NCBI RefSeq assembly: GCF_000014785.1
Contig: NC_008340.1
Location: forward strand, 1,200,001 to 1,232,000
Length of the DNA: 32,000 nt
DNA from: Alkalilimnicola ehrlichii MLHE-1
Lineage (GTDB): Bacteria > Pseudomonadota > Gammaproteobacteria > Nitrococcales > Halorhodospiraceae
Reading direction: 5' to 3'
Shown: positions 17,166 to 24,960 of the stretch, piece after piece
How positions within the stretch are numbered: position 1 is the first letter of the stretch
Layout of the letters: each line of letters begins with the position of its first letter
The notes under the pieces: generated by a model
What the model was told of the DNA's origin: nothing
Databases searched by the model: none
What the model saw: the letters and a program-made list of their open reading frames with translations, nothing else
Translations under genes and position numbers: made by a program

Positions 17166-18847
17166 AGCGGTGGGGCTCGGAAGAATCGCGGCGGGCGCCG
17201 CTGCTGGCGGTGGTCGTTTGCCTTCCCCTGCTGACGGCGGGTGCGGTCCATGCGCAGACACCGGGCGCCCAGCCCGAACCCGGGCCGGGCGTCGATCCGG
17301 CGCTCCAGTTGCGGGAGTTGTTGCGCGAGCGTGAGCGCCTGGAGGAGCGCGGGCCACGGCCGGAGGAACCCGAGCTGGATATCCCGGAGCTCGTCCTGCC
17401 CGACCTGGAGGATGAGACGGTGGAGTTCCTCCTCAGAGAGATCCGCTTCTCCCCTACGGAGCTGCTGGACGAGCAGTGGCTCACCGAGCTGGCGGAGGAA
17501 TACATCGGGGAAGTGGTCAGTTTCGGTCAGGTGAACGAGCTGGTGGAACGCATCAACAGCGCCTATGCCAAACAGGGCGATGTCACTGCCCGGGCCTTCG
17601 TGCCGCCACAGCAGATCGTCGACGGCCGGCTGCAGATCCTGCTGGTGGAGGCCCGGATCGGTAGCGTGGCCGTGGAGGGGGCCGAGCACACCGAACCGCG
17701 GTACATCCGCGGCCGTATCCCGCTGGAGGAGGGCGAGGTGCTGCGGGTGCCCGATCTGCGCGCCTCGGTGCGTGAATTCAACCGTCGTGAGGCGCTGCAG
17801 GCCGGCGTGGCGCTGCGTCCGGGCGAGGCGTTCGGTGAAAGCGATGTGGTCCTGCAGATGCTTGAACCCCCGCGGCTGCGCTACCAGCTCTTTGCCGACA
17901 ACGCCGGCGCACGCAGTACCGGTGAAGAGCGGATCGGCGGCATGGCCAGTTGGTATTCGCCCTTCGGCCGGGCCGACCGGTTCACCGCCTTTCTGGTGGG
18001 AAGTAGCGGGGCCACCGCCCTCGACTTGAGCTACGCCACCCCTGTCGGCCATCGCGGGGCGGCCCTCACCGCCCGCCTCGCCTACAACGAGATCGAGATC
18101 GTCCGTGGTCCGCTGCGCGATCTGGACATAGAGGGTGAATCGTTGCGTGGTTCCCTGCGCTATACCCATCCCCTGGCATGGAGCGAGCGCCGCACCTGGG
18201 ATGCCGTCGGCAGCCTGGGCTATGTCCGCTCCAAGACCGAACTGGACGGGGTTACTTTCGCCGACAACGAGGTGACGCGGGTGGACGCAGGCGTGCGCCT
18301 GCGCCAGTACGGCCAACCCGGTCCCCACACCCACTTCCTCGAGGTCGAGCAACGCCTGGCCCACGCCCACTTCCGGGAGAGCGCCGGGGAACTGGATGAG
18401 ACCGATGACAGCCTGCTCTGGGATGGCCGCCTGCTCTGGGAGCAGCGCCTGCCCCGGGCCTTTTATACCCTGTCGCGGGCCGAGTGGCAGTATGCCGACA
18501 GCCCGGAGGCGGTGCTCTCACCGCAGCTCTTCCAGGTGGGCGGCGCTTTCGACGTGCGCGGCTACCCGCAAGGGGCCACCGCGGGTGAGAGCGGCTATTA
18601 CCTCAGCCTGGAGTTGCGCTACGCCGGCTTTGCCGCCGTGGAGCCCTTCGTCTTCGTTGATCACGGCGGGGTGCGCCAGGAGGACCAGGATAACGAGCGC
18701 CTGACGAGCTGGGGCGCCGGTGCCTTCCTGGACCTCGGTCGCGGCTTCTCCGGCAGCCTGACGGTAGGCGTGCCCGCCAGCGACGTGTTGCCGGACCAGG
18801 ACGACTACCGGATCCATTTCCGGATCGCCTGGCAGGGCCAGCGCTGA
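17162..18847 (+). CDS. Two-partner secretion outer-membrane transporter, ShlB/FhaC/HecB (TpsB, Omp85 superfamily)
   Basis: ATG 17162 overlaps the giant-ORF stop (ATGA), with GAGGAG 11 nt upstream. There is a signal peptide, MKRWGSEESRRAPLLAVVVCLPLLTAGAVHA/QT. A POTRA-like region follows (VEFLLREIRFSPTELL...INSAYAKQGDVTARAFVPPQQIVDGRLQILLVEARIGSVAVEG). It also carries an FADNAGARSTGEER motif and the TpsB/Omp85 loop-6 motif FDVRGY (nt 18554-18565). At 561 aa it is a typical size for this family. Confidence 0.9.
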   Translation: MKRWGSEESRRAPLLAVVVCLPLLTAGAVHAQTPGAQPEPGPGVDPALQLRELLRERERLEERGPRPEEPELDIPELVLPDLEDETVEFLLREIRFSPTELLDEQWLTELAEEYIGEVVSFGQVNELVERINSAYAKQGDVTARAFVPPQQIVDGRLQILLVEARIGSVAVEGAEHTEPRYIRGRIPLEEGEVLRVPDLRASVREFNRREALQAGVALRPGEAFGESDVVLQMLEPPRLRYQLFADNAGARSTGEERIGGMASWYSPFGRADRFTAFLVGSSGATALDLSYATPVGHRGAALTARLAYNEIEIVRGPLRDLDIEGESLRGSLRYTHPLAWSERRTWDAVGSLGYVRSKTELDGVTFADNEVTRVDAGVRLRQYGQPGPHTHFLEVEQRLAHAHFRESAGELDETDDSLLWDGRLLWEQRLPRAFYTLSRAEWQYADSPEAVLSPQLFQVGGAFDVRGYPQGATAGESGYYLSLELRYAGFAAVEPFVFVDHGGVRQEDQDNERLTSWGAGAFLDLGRGFSGSLTVGVPASDVLPDQDDYRIHFRIAWQGQR

Positions 18848-18944
18848 GTGCTGCATGACCGCGGCCGGCACCGTGCCCCCAGCTGGATCCCACCCGCAGG
18901 CTATGCTGTAAGGTAGTACAGGCCCACCGCAGGGAGAAGCGGCC

Positions 18945-21900
18945 ATGGCGATTCACCTGCACTTCGTCGGCCGCGAGGTCGAGTCGGACGATCCGGATGC
19001 CGCGGTCTTCGAGGTGGGCTCGCCCTCCCGGAGCTACGATCTCAGTTGGGTCCGCAGGGACGTCGAATGCGACGCCACTGCGCTGATCGAGATAGAGGAT
19101 GACGACGAGTGCATCCTCTGGACCACGGCGGAAGATCTGGCCGAGGACGAGGCCGCCCGCCGGGGGCACCTGCGCGGAGAGGGCGACGCCGATATTGCGC
19201 TGGATGCATTGCTGGCGGGCGCGTCCACGAGCTCGCGGGGCGTGCTGCGCCGGTTTGGCCGGGTGGTCCTGCGGATCTTCGGGCGCCGGGTCGCCGACGA
19301 ATTTGCCGGCAGGTCCGCCAAGGCCATCGCCGAGTACTGGGAGGGCCAGGTCACACCGGGCCACGGGCTGTACCGCTGCGACCGCCCCGAGGGCCCGGAC
19401 GCCGTCGACGAGGCGCAACGTGTGCGCCAGGGCGAGGGCCTGCCCGGTGACGGGCCACTGCTGCTGCTCCTCCACGGCACGGCGTCCAGTATCGCGGGCA
19501 GTTTCTCCAAGCTCGGTGGGTCCCCCAGAGGTGATGAGCCCACCGTATGGGCCACGCTACAGGCCCATTACCGGGCACCGGACGGCCGCTCGCGCATCTG
19601 CGCCTTCCAGCACCCCACCCTCAGCGCCAGTCCCATCGACAATGCCCTGCAGTTGGTTGACGACCTGCCCCGGGGGGCTGAACTCCACCTGGTCACCCAC
19701 TCCCGTGGCGGGTTGATCGGCGATCTGCTCTGCCTTGCCGGGCAGGATCCGTCTGCGCTCCGGGGTGGCCTGGAGCAGCAGTACCGGCGCGACGAGCAGT
19801 GGCTGGCGGCCACCGGTCGTGATCTGGACGATCCCGGGATCGCTGCCCTCGCGGAACAGGACCGGGCCGACCGGGAGGCGCTGCTGCAACTGCTGGAACG
19901 GCTCCGGGACAAAGGGATCCGGGTGCTCCGCTACGTGCGGGTGGCCTGCCCGGCGGCCGGCACCTCTTTGGCCTCCGAGCGCCTGGACCGACTGCTGAGC
20001 CTGCTGGGCAACCTCATCCGGTTGCTGCCGCCGGCCAACGGGCCCTTCTTCAACGGCGTGATCCGGCCGATGATCCGGGCCCTGGTCGCGCAGCGATTCA
20101 GCCCGGACCGGTTGCCGGGGCTTGAGGCGATGCTGCCCCACGGGCCCTTGGTGCGCTGGCTGAACCTGGCGGCCCCCGAGGCGGATGCCGAGCTGGCGGT
20201 GATCGCCGGCGACGCCGAGGGCAGCGGGTTGATCCGCCGGCTGGGGGTGCTGTTGCTGGACCGGCTGATCTTTCCCGGCCGGCACGATCTGGTGGTGGAC
20301 ACCCGCTCCATGTACGAAGGCCTGCGGCGCCGGCAAGGGGTGTGGCAATACTTCCAGAGCCGGCCCGACATCTCCCACTTCAACTATTTCGACAACCCTG
20401 ACTCACAGCGGGCGCTGGTCGGTTGGCTGCTGGAGACCGACGACCGGGCGCTGTTCCGAAGCCGCGATGCCGAGGCACCCTCCCTGGCGGCCGAGACCTT
20501 CAGCGGTGTGCTGGGCGTGAGCCGGGGTGACCCCCACCGGCCGCTGCTCTTCCTGCTCCCGGGGATCATGGGCTCGCAACTGAGGGCGCGGGAAACCCGC
20601 ATCTGGATGGTCCGCCGGCAGATCCTGCTGGGCCGCATCACCCGGCTGGCCTACGGCCGCAGTGGGGTGGAGACCGATGGGGTCTTCAGTCGGTATTACC
20701 AGCCGCTGGCCGAGTATCTGGCCGAGACCCATGAGGTGCATGTCTTCCCCTACGACTGGCGGCTCTCCATCGACGACGCGGCCCGGCGCCTGGCCGCAGA
20801 GGTGCGCCGGGCCCGCGGGAGCGGGGGGCGCCCGGTGCGGTTCGTGGCCCACTCCATGGGCGGGTTGGTGACCCGGGCCATGATGGCCAGCGACCCGACC
20901 TTGTGGGCGGAGATCTCGGAGCAGCCGGGCTCGCGGCTGCTGATGCTGGGCACGCCGAACCGCGGTTCGTTTGCCATCGTCGAGGCACTCCTCGGGCACG
21001 ACCGGCTGGTGCGAATGCTGGCGCTGCTGGATCTGCCGAACAGCCTGAACCGGATCCTCGGCCTTTTGGCCGAGTACCCGGGGGTCATGGATCTGCTGCC
21101 CCAGGACGGCGAACTGGACCTCTACGACGTGGCCACCTGGAGCCGCCTGACCCACCACAACGGCCGCTTCGGGCACGTGCCCGAAGCAGAGCGGTTGAGG
21201 GGTGCGCGGCTGCGCCGCGACCGGCTGCCGGCGCGGGTCTCGGGGAATGACCCCATCGTCTACGTGGCCGGTCAGGCGCCGCTGACGCCGGCCGGTATCC
21301 GTATGGACGGCAGCGGCGACGGCCGGCTGCGCTTTGTCGGGACCACCGAGGGGGATGGCCGGGTCACCCACGCCGCCGGCGAGTTGCCGGGGGTGCCGCG
21401 TTGGTTCTGCGACGCGGTGCACGGCGATCTCCCCGCCACCCGCTCAGCCTTCCCCGCCTATCTCGACCTGCTGGAGACCGGGCGGACAGACCGTTTGCCC
21501 ACGGAACCGCTCAGCCGCCGGCGTGGCCTGGGGGCAAGGGAGTTCCTCTACGACCCTTCGCCGGCCACCCAGCCGGATGAGGCGACACTGATCGCGGAGG
21601 CCCTGGGGGCCTCCGGGGACGCAGACGAGGAGGCGGGCCGCCCCGGCCTGACGGTCTCGCTGGTATATGCCGATCTGGCCCAGGCGCGCCACCCGGTGCT
21701 CTGCGGGCATGCCGTGGGCGATGTGATCTCCGGGGCCGAGGCGGCCCTAGACGAGGCCCTGGGCGGGGCACTGTCCCGGCGCTACCAACTGGACCGCATC
21801 CCGGGCCGGGTCGGCAGCACGGCGGTGATTCTGCCCGACGGATCGCAGCGCTCGCCGGTGCCCGGCGCCGTGGTGATGGGCCTCGGTGAGCTGGGCGAGC

Positions 21901-23327
21901 TCAGCGCCAACGTGATCGCCGAGGCCAGCTACGCCGCCTGCCTGGACTATCTGTTGGCGGTGGCCAGCCCGAGCGACGGCGCCTGGGTCGGGCTCAGCGC
22001 GATCCTGGTGGGCGGCAATAGCCCGGCCGCCCTGCACGAGGCGGATATCATTCGATCGATCATCCAGGGCGTGGTCCGGGCCAACCGCGCCATGGTCGAG
22101 CAGGCGAATGGCACCGGTGTGGCGATCACGGAGTTGGAGATCCTGGAGCACGACGGCCTTCGTTTCCAGGAGGCCTGCCAGTTCCTGCGCGCCGATACCG
22201 GCCAACTCAGCGAGGAGCTGGGCACGGACCTCGTGCTGCGCCGGGAGGAAAGGCATCCCGAGCCGCGGGTGGAGACCGGCAGCCTGGCAGCGCGGCGGGC
22301 GACCCGCCGTTGGCGCCGGCTGATCGTCACCGAGCAGGAGCGGCCCCCGCTGTTGAACTACGAACTGCTGGGCCTGCGTGCGCGAATCCCCGGTCGGGCG
22401 GTGGACTTCGATCCGGTCACGGTGGCGCGGCTACTGGCGGAGGCCATGAGCGATCCGCGCTTCGACCGCGAGACCGCCAATGCCCTCTACCATCTGCTGA
22501 TCCCCAACCACCTGGGCGATCAGATCGATCATTTCGATGCCCTGATGCTGATCGTGGACGAGCGGACCGCGCGCCTGCCCTTCGAGATGCTGAGCAACAA
22601 CCGCCGCCCCGGGGCGCGGCCCTGGGCGGTGCGCCAGGCCATGGTGCGCCAGTTCCGGACGCCCGAGTTCCGTCAGACCCTGAAGCCGGTGCGGGCGCAG
22701 AGCGCGCTGGTCCTGGGTGACCCGGTCACCCCCTTGCCGGAGTTGCCCGGCGCCCGGGCGGAGGCGCAGGCCGTGGCCACCGCGCTGCTGGGCCAGGGCT
22801 ACGATGTGCGGCTTCTGTTACAGCCGCGCGGGGCCGATGTGCTGCGTGCGCTGTTCGCCAAGCCCTGGCGGATACTGCATGTGGCCGGGCACGGCATCCA
22901 CGAGGCCCACGGGGAGGCCCCCGGGGCGTTGCGCAACGGCATCCTGCTGGACGACGGCGCCCTGCTGGGCCGCCCGCAGATCAGCGAGCTGCCGGAGACC
23001 CCGGACTTCGTGTTCCTGAACTGTTGCCACCTGGGTCGCATGGTCCAGCTCACCGCAGAGCAGCGGGTACGGTTTCAGCACTTCGCCGGTACCATCGCCC
23101 GCAGCTTCATCAACATCGGCGTGCGCGGCCTGGTGGTCGGGGGCTGGGAGGTCAACGACCGGGCCGCCCAGCGCTTCGCGGAGGTCTTCTACCAGGCCCT
23201 GCTCAACGGCGAAGCATTGGGCCTGGCCGTGTTGCGTGCCCGCGCGGCCTGCTGGGCTCAGTTTCCCGATTACAACACCTGGGGGGCCTACCAGTGCTAC
23301 GGGGACCCGGACCTGCGGCTGGTGTGA
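18945..23327 (+). CDS. Multidomain protein: N-terminal alpha/beta-hydrolase module + LCAT/PGAP1-like lipase module + unknown middle region + C-terminal CHAT (caspase-like Cys protease) domain
   Basis: ATG 18945 is preceded by AGGGAGAAG (18931-18939). The frame stays open for 1,460 aa to TGA 23325-23327.
- Module 1: LLLLLHGTASS ... HLVTHSRGGLIGD (Ser253, nt 19701-19703).
- Module 2: LLFLLPGIMGSQL, FPYDWRLS (nt 20751-20762), RFVAHSMGGLVTR (Ser637, nt 20853-20855), TEGDGRVTH (Asp804), AVHGDLP (His826).
- CHAT domain: WRILHVAGHG (His1316, nt 22890-22892) and FVFLNCCHLG (Cys1360/1361, nt 23022-23027), then GLVVGGWEVND ... GAYQCYGDPDLRLV.
- There is no N-terminal signal peptide (MAIHLHFVGREVESDD). 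Confidence 0.9.
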   Translation: MAIHLHFVGREVESDDPDAAVFEVGSPSRSYDLSWVRRDVECDATALIEIEDDDECILWTTAEDLAEDEAARRGHLRGEGDADIALDALLAGASTSSRGVLRRFGRVVLRIFGRRVADEFAGRSAKAIAEYWEGQVTPGHGLYRCDRPEGPDAVDEAQRVRQGEGLPGDGPLLLLLHGTASSIAGSFSKLGGSPRGDEPTVWATLQAHYRAPDGRSRICAFQHPTLSASPIDNALQLVDDLPRGAELHLVTHSRGGLIGDLLCLAGQDPSALRGGLEQQYRRDEQWLAATGRDLDDPGIAALAEQDRADREALLQLLERLRDKGIRVLRYVRVACPAAGTSLASERLDRLLSLLGNLIRLLPPANGPFFNGVIRPMIRALVAQRFSPDRLPGLEAMLPHGPLVRWLNLAAPEADAELAVIAGDAEGSGLIRRLGVLLLDRLIFPGRHDLVVDTRSMYEGLRRRQGVWQYFQSRPDISHFNYFDNPDSQRALVGWLLETDDRALFRSRDAEAPSLAAETFSGVLGVSRGDPHRPLLFLLPGIMGSQLRARETRIWMVRRQILLGRITRLAYGRSGVETDGVFSRYYQPLAEYLAETHEVHVFPYDWRLSIDDAARRLAAEVRRARGSGGRPVRFVAHSMGGLVTRAMMASDPTLWAEISEQPGSRLLMLGTPNRGSFAIVEALLGHDRLVRMLALLDLPNSLNRILGLLAEYPGVMDLLPQDGELDLYDVATWSRLTHHNGRFGHVPEAERLRGARLRRDRLPARVSGNDPIVYVAGQAPLTPAGIRMDGSGDGRLRFVGTTEGDGRVTHAAGELPGVPRWFCDAVHGDLPATRSAFPAYLDLLETGRTDRLPTEPLSRRRGLGAREFLYDPSPATQPDEATLIAEALGASGDADEEAGRPGLTVSLVYADLAQARHPVLCGHAVGDVISGAEAALDEALGGALSRRYQLDRIPGRVGSTAVILPDGSQRSPVPGAVVMGLGELGELSANVIAEASYAACLDYLLAVASPSDGAWVGLSAILVGGNSPAALHEADIIRSIIQGVVRANRAMVEQANGTGVAITELEILEHDGLRFQEACQFLRADTGQLSEELGTDLVLRREERHPEPRVETGSLAARRATRRWRRLIVTEQERPPLLNYELLGLRARIPGRAVDFDPVTVARLLAEAMSDPRFDRETANALYHLLIPNHLGDQIDHFDALMLIVDERTARLPFEMLSNNRRPGARPWAVRQAMVRQFRTPEFRQTLKPVRAQSALVLGDPVTPLPELPGARAEAQAVATALLGQGYDVRLLLQPRGADVLRALFAKPWRILHVAGHGIHEAHGEAPGALRNGILLDDGALLGRPQISELPETPDFVFLNCCHLGRMVQLTAEQRVRFQHFAGTIARSFINIGVRGLVVGGWEVNDRAAQRFAEVFYQALLNGEALGLAVLRARAACWAQFPDYNTWGAYQCYGDPDLRLV

Positions 23328-23350
23328 GGCGGACCGGGCCCGAGGGGGCT

Positions 23351-23366
23351 GGCGAGCGTACTCGCC
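23351..23366. terminator. Weak hairpin in the 41-bp gap between convergent genes (possible bidirectional terminator)
   Basis: GGCGAG-CGTA-CTCGCC forms a 6-bp stem with a 4-nt loop between the stop at 23327 (+) and the stop at 23369 (-). There is no U-tract, so support is weak. Confidence 0.2.
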
Positions 23367-23368
23367 GC

Positions 23369-24148
23369 CTAGGGCACGAACACCACCTCACCGCTCTGCG
23401 GGTTGACCAGCGTCAGCCCGAAGTCGGTGGTGCCGCGGGTCACCCGCACGAAGGCCCCGGTATCCAGGCAGACGTGGGACAGGCGCCGGCGGAGGGTGCG
23501 ACCGACGGTGTGGCCGCAATAAGTGGTGGACAGCGATTCACTGCGCTCGGGCAGGGGGCTGCGCAGCCGCCCCATGAGCCGTCGGGACCAGAGCAGCGGC
23601 GTCGGGTCGACGCCGGGCAGGCCGGCGTCGATGTCGGCGTCACTCAGCAGCCCCTGTGGCGCCCCCGGACTCACCAGTTCGGCATGGACCAGTTGAAAGC
23701 GCCCGGCGCCGCTGCCCACCACCAGCACATGGGGCAACTCGGCCTGCATGTGGAGCAGGGGCATCAGCGGGTGGTCCGCGGGGTCGGGATCGAGCAGCAG
23801 GTCCTGCGCCCAGGTGTCGGCGCCGTTGGCCAGCAACAGGTGGGCCGCCTCGATCCTGCGCAGGGACCCGGGCGGTGCCTCCAGCCAGTCCCGGATCATA
23901 TCGTCGTGATTGCCCCGTACGCTGTGGAACCAGGACGCCAGCAGCAGTTCCAGGCAGGCCACCGACTCCGGCCCCCGGTCGGTCAGATCGCCCACGCACA
24001 GCAGACGGTCGCCCCCTTCCGGGTTGAAGTCGACCCGTTGCAACCCCTCATTGAGCAGGGAACGGCAACCGTGCAGGTCACCGACCACCCAGTCCCGGCG
24101 CTGGTGGTTAGGCGGCAACCGCTCAATGATGGTCTGGTGTCGAGCCAT
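23369..24148 (-). CDS. Ser/Thr protein phosphatase-type metallophosphoesterase (lambda phosphatase / PrpA-PrpB-like, PPP family)
   Basis: The 259-aa ORF carries the PPP metallophosphoesterase motifs in the canonical order: VVGDLHGC, CVGDLTDRGP, VRGNHDDM, then HAELV and YCGHT. A GGAAGA sits about 7 nt upstream of ATG 24148. Confidence 0.85.
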   Translation of the reverse strand: MARHQTIIERLPPNHQRRDWVVGDLHGCRSLLNEGLQRVDFNPEGGDRLLCVGDLTDRGPESVACLELLLASWFHSVRGNHDDMIRDWLEAPPGSLRRIEAAHLLLANGADTWAQDLLLDPDPADHPLMPLLHMQAELPHVLVVGSGAGRFQLVHAELVSPGAPQGLLSDADIDAGLPGVDPTPLLWSRRLMGRLRSPLPERSESLSTTYCGHTVGRTLRRRLSHVCLDTGAFVRVTRGTTDFGLTLVNPQSGEVVFVP

Positions 24149-24331
24149 GACAGGTCTTCCGTTGCGTAGTATCAGGCTAGCAGCGGTGGCAGGGAGCTGA
24201 CTCTTTAGGTAGTTCCCTCTAGGTAGAGAGACGAATTACCGCGCAGGGCCCTTCGGCATAACCTGACAGTGAATTCGGCGGGAGCACAACCGCCGGACCC
24301 GAGACCCAACTCAATGCCTGAGGTGACCATC

Positions 24332-24724
24332 ATGAAGACCTTTGTTATCAAGACTGCGACGGCCCTGACGCTCGGTGCCGGCCTGGCCGTTTCCGGCCTG
24401 GCCGCGGCCGAGAACTGGACCACCCACGTGGGCCAGGTGCGGGCGGATCTCCCCACCCAGTCGATTGCTTCCAGCGGTGTGGGCAGCGGGGAGAACTACC
24501 AGCACTTCGTCGGCCATGTGCGGGCGAACGGCCCCCGTGAACTGAGCCCGGGCGAGGTCCTGGTCAGCGAGAACTACGTGCCTCACATCGAAGCGGTGCG
24601 GAATAAGGCGCGGTTCGACCAGGTGGCTGCGGACGAGCTGCGTGGCAAGCGCGAACAGGCGCAACGGGATACCCGCCACGGGATTCAAAGGCCCATCGGC
24701 GGCGGCCGGGAGGGATTCCGCTGA
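24332..24724 (+). CDS. Small secreted protein of unknown function with three ENY/W-x3-V/I-x2-VR repeats
   Basis: ATG 24332 is preceded by AGGTGA (24321-26) and gives the signal peptide MKTFVIKTATALTLGAGLAVSGLAAA/EN. The track ORF starts earlier (24269), but the upstream extension lacks an RBS and would bury the signal peptide. Three repeats start at 24410, 24491 and 24569: ENWTTHVGQVRAD, ENYQHFVGHVRAN, ENYVPHIEAVRNK. A terminator follows the gene. Confidence 0.7.
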   Translation: MKTFVIKTATALTLGAGLAVSGLAAAENWTTHVGQVRADLPTQSIASSGVGSGENYQHFVGHVRANGPRELSPGEVLVSENYVPHIEAVRNKARFDQVAADELRGKREQAQRDTRHGIQRPIGGGREGFR

Positions 24725-24746
24725 AGCCATGGTGTGTGACGGCGAA

Positions 24747-24790
24747 CAGGGCCCCTGGTGAACAAAGGCGTTCCCAGGGCCCTGCCTTTT
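24747..24790 (+). terminator. Rho-independent terminator after the small secreted-protein gene
   Basis: CAGGGCCCCTGG (24747-58) pairs with CCAGGGCCCTG (24774-84), giving 11 bp with one bulged C and a 15-nt loop. It is followed by CC-TTTT (24785-90) and sits 23 nt after the stop codon. Confidence 0.6.
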
Positions 24791-24836
24791 GATCACAAAA
24801 AATGAACATATTTCATCTATTGCCTTGTCCCATCGT

Positions 24837-24861
24837 TTGTCTGACTATATTGGTCAGACAA
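24837..24861. promoter_or_regulatory. Perfect 9-bp inverted repeat (candidate operator) upstream of the NTF2-GGDEF gene
   Basis: TTGTCTGAC-tatattg-GTCAGACAA. The spacer contains a TATA-like hexamer. It lies in a locally AT-rich stretch 50-125 bp upstream of the candidate starts 24913/24940/24961. Confidence 0.35.
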
Positions 24862-24960
24862 TGACCCGGCGTGCCGTGCCCGCTGGAAGCGTGCCGGTTG
24901 TCCGGATGACTGATGTTCAGAATAAGTAGGCGCCAAGACATGGCGCACGGGAGACTGTGG

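Noticed and set aside
13704-18370. A chain of 317-426-aa minus-strand ORFs (13704-14714, 14733-16013, 15407-16360, 16245-17357, 17159-18370).
   Set aside because: All lie antisense to the giant ORF or tpsB, and each is broken only by occasional rare sense codons. They are Arg/Gly/His/Pro-rich with no recognisable domains. The plus-strand products carry clear family motifs.
19034-21422. Antisense and alternative-frame ORFs inside the CHAT/lipase gene (e.g. 19557-20378, 20403-21422 on the minus strand; 19099-19716 on the plus strand).
   Set aside because: The hydrolase and CHAT catalytic motifs all lie in one continuous plus-strand frame. The alternatives are Arg/Pro/Gly-rich GC artefacts.
23024-24169. 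A 381-aa plus-strand ORF overlapping the end of the CHAT gene and the whole phosphatase gene.
   Set aside because: It lies out of frame with the CHAT C-terminus and antisense to a gene with a complete PPP-phosphatase motif set. Its sequence is low-complexity and Arg/Gly/Pro-rich.
18908-24230. A shared AGGTAG motif upstream of the CHAT gene (18912) and twice in the phosphatase/small-protein divergent region (TAGGTAG at 24206 and 24220), considered as a common regulator site.
   Set aside because: The same hexamer also occurs inside coding regions (around 26998, 29755 and 30881). A hexamer is expected several times by chance in 32 kb. Only the local 14-bp-spaced direct repeat at 24206/24220 remains mildly suggestive.
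24269-24331. Upstream in-frame starts for the small secreted protein (24269, 24314), and likewise 28804/28810 for cytochrome b561.
   Set aside because: The extensions lack RBS-like sequences and would bury the signal peptide, or add a non-conserved N-terminus. The downstream ATGs give family-typical N-termini.
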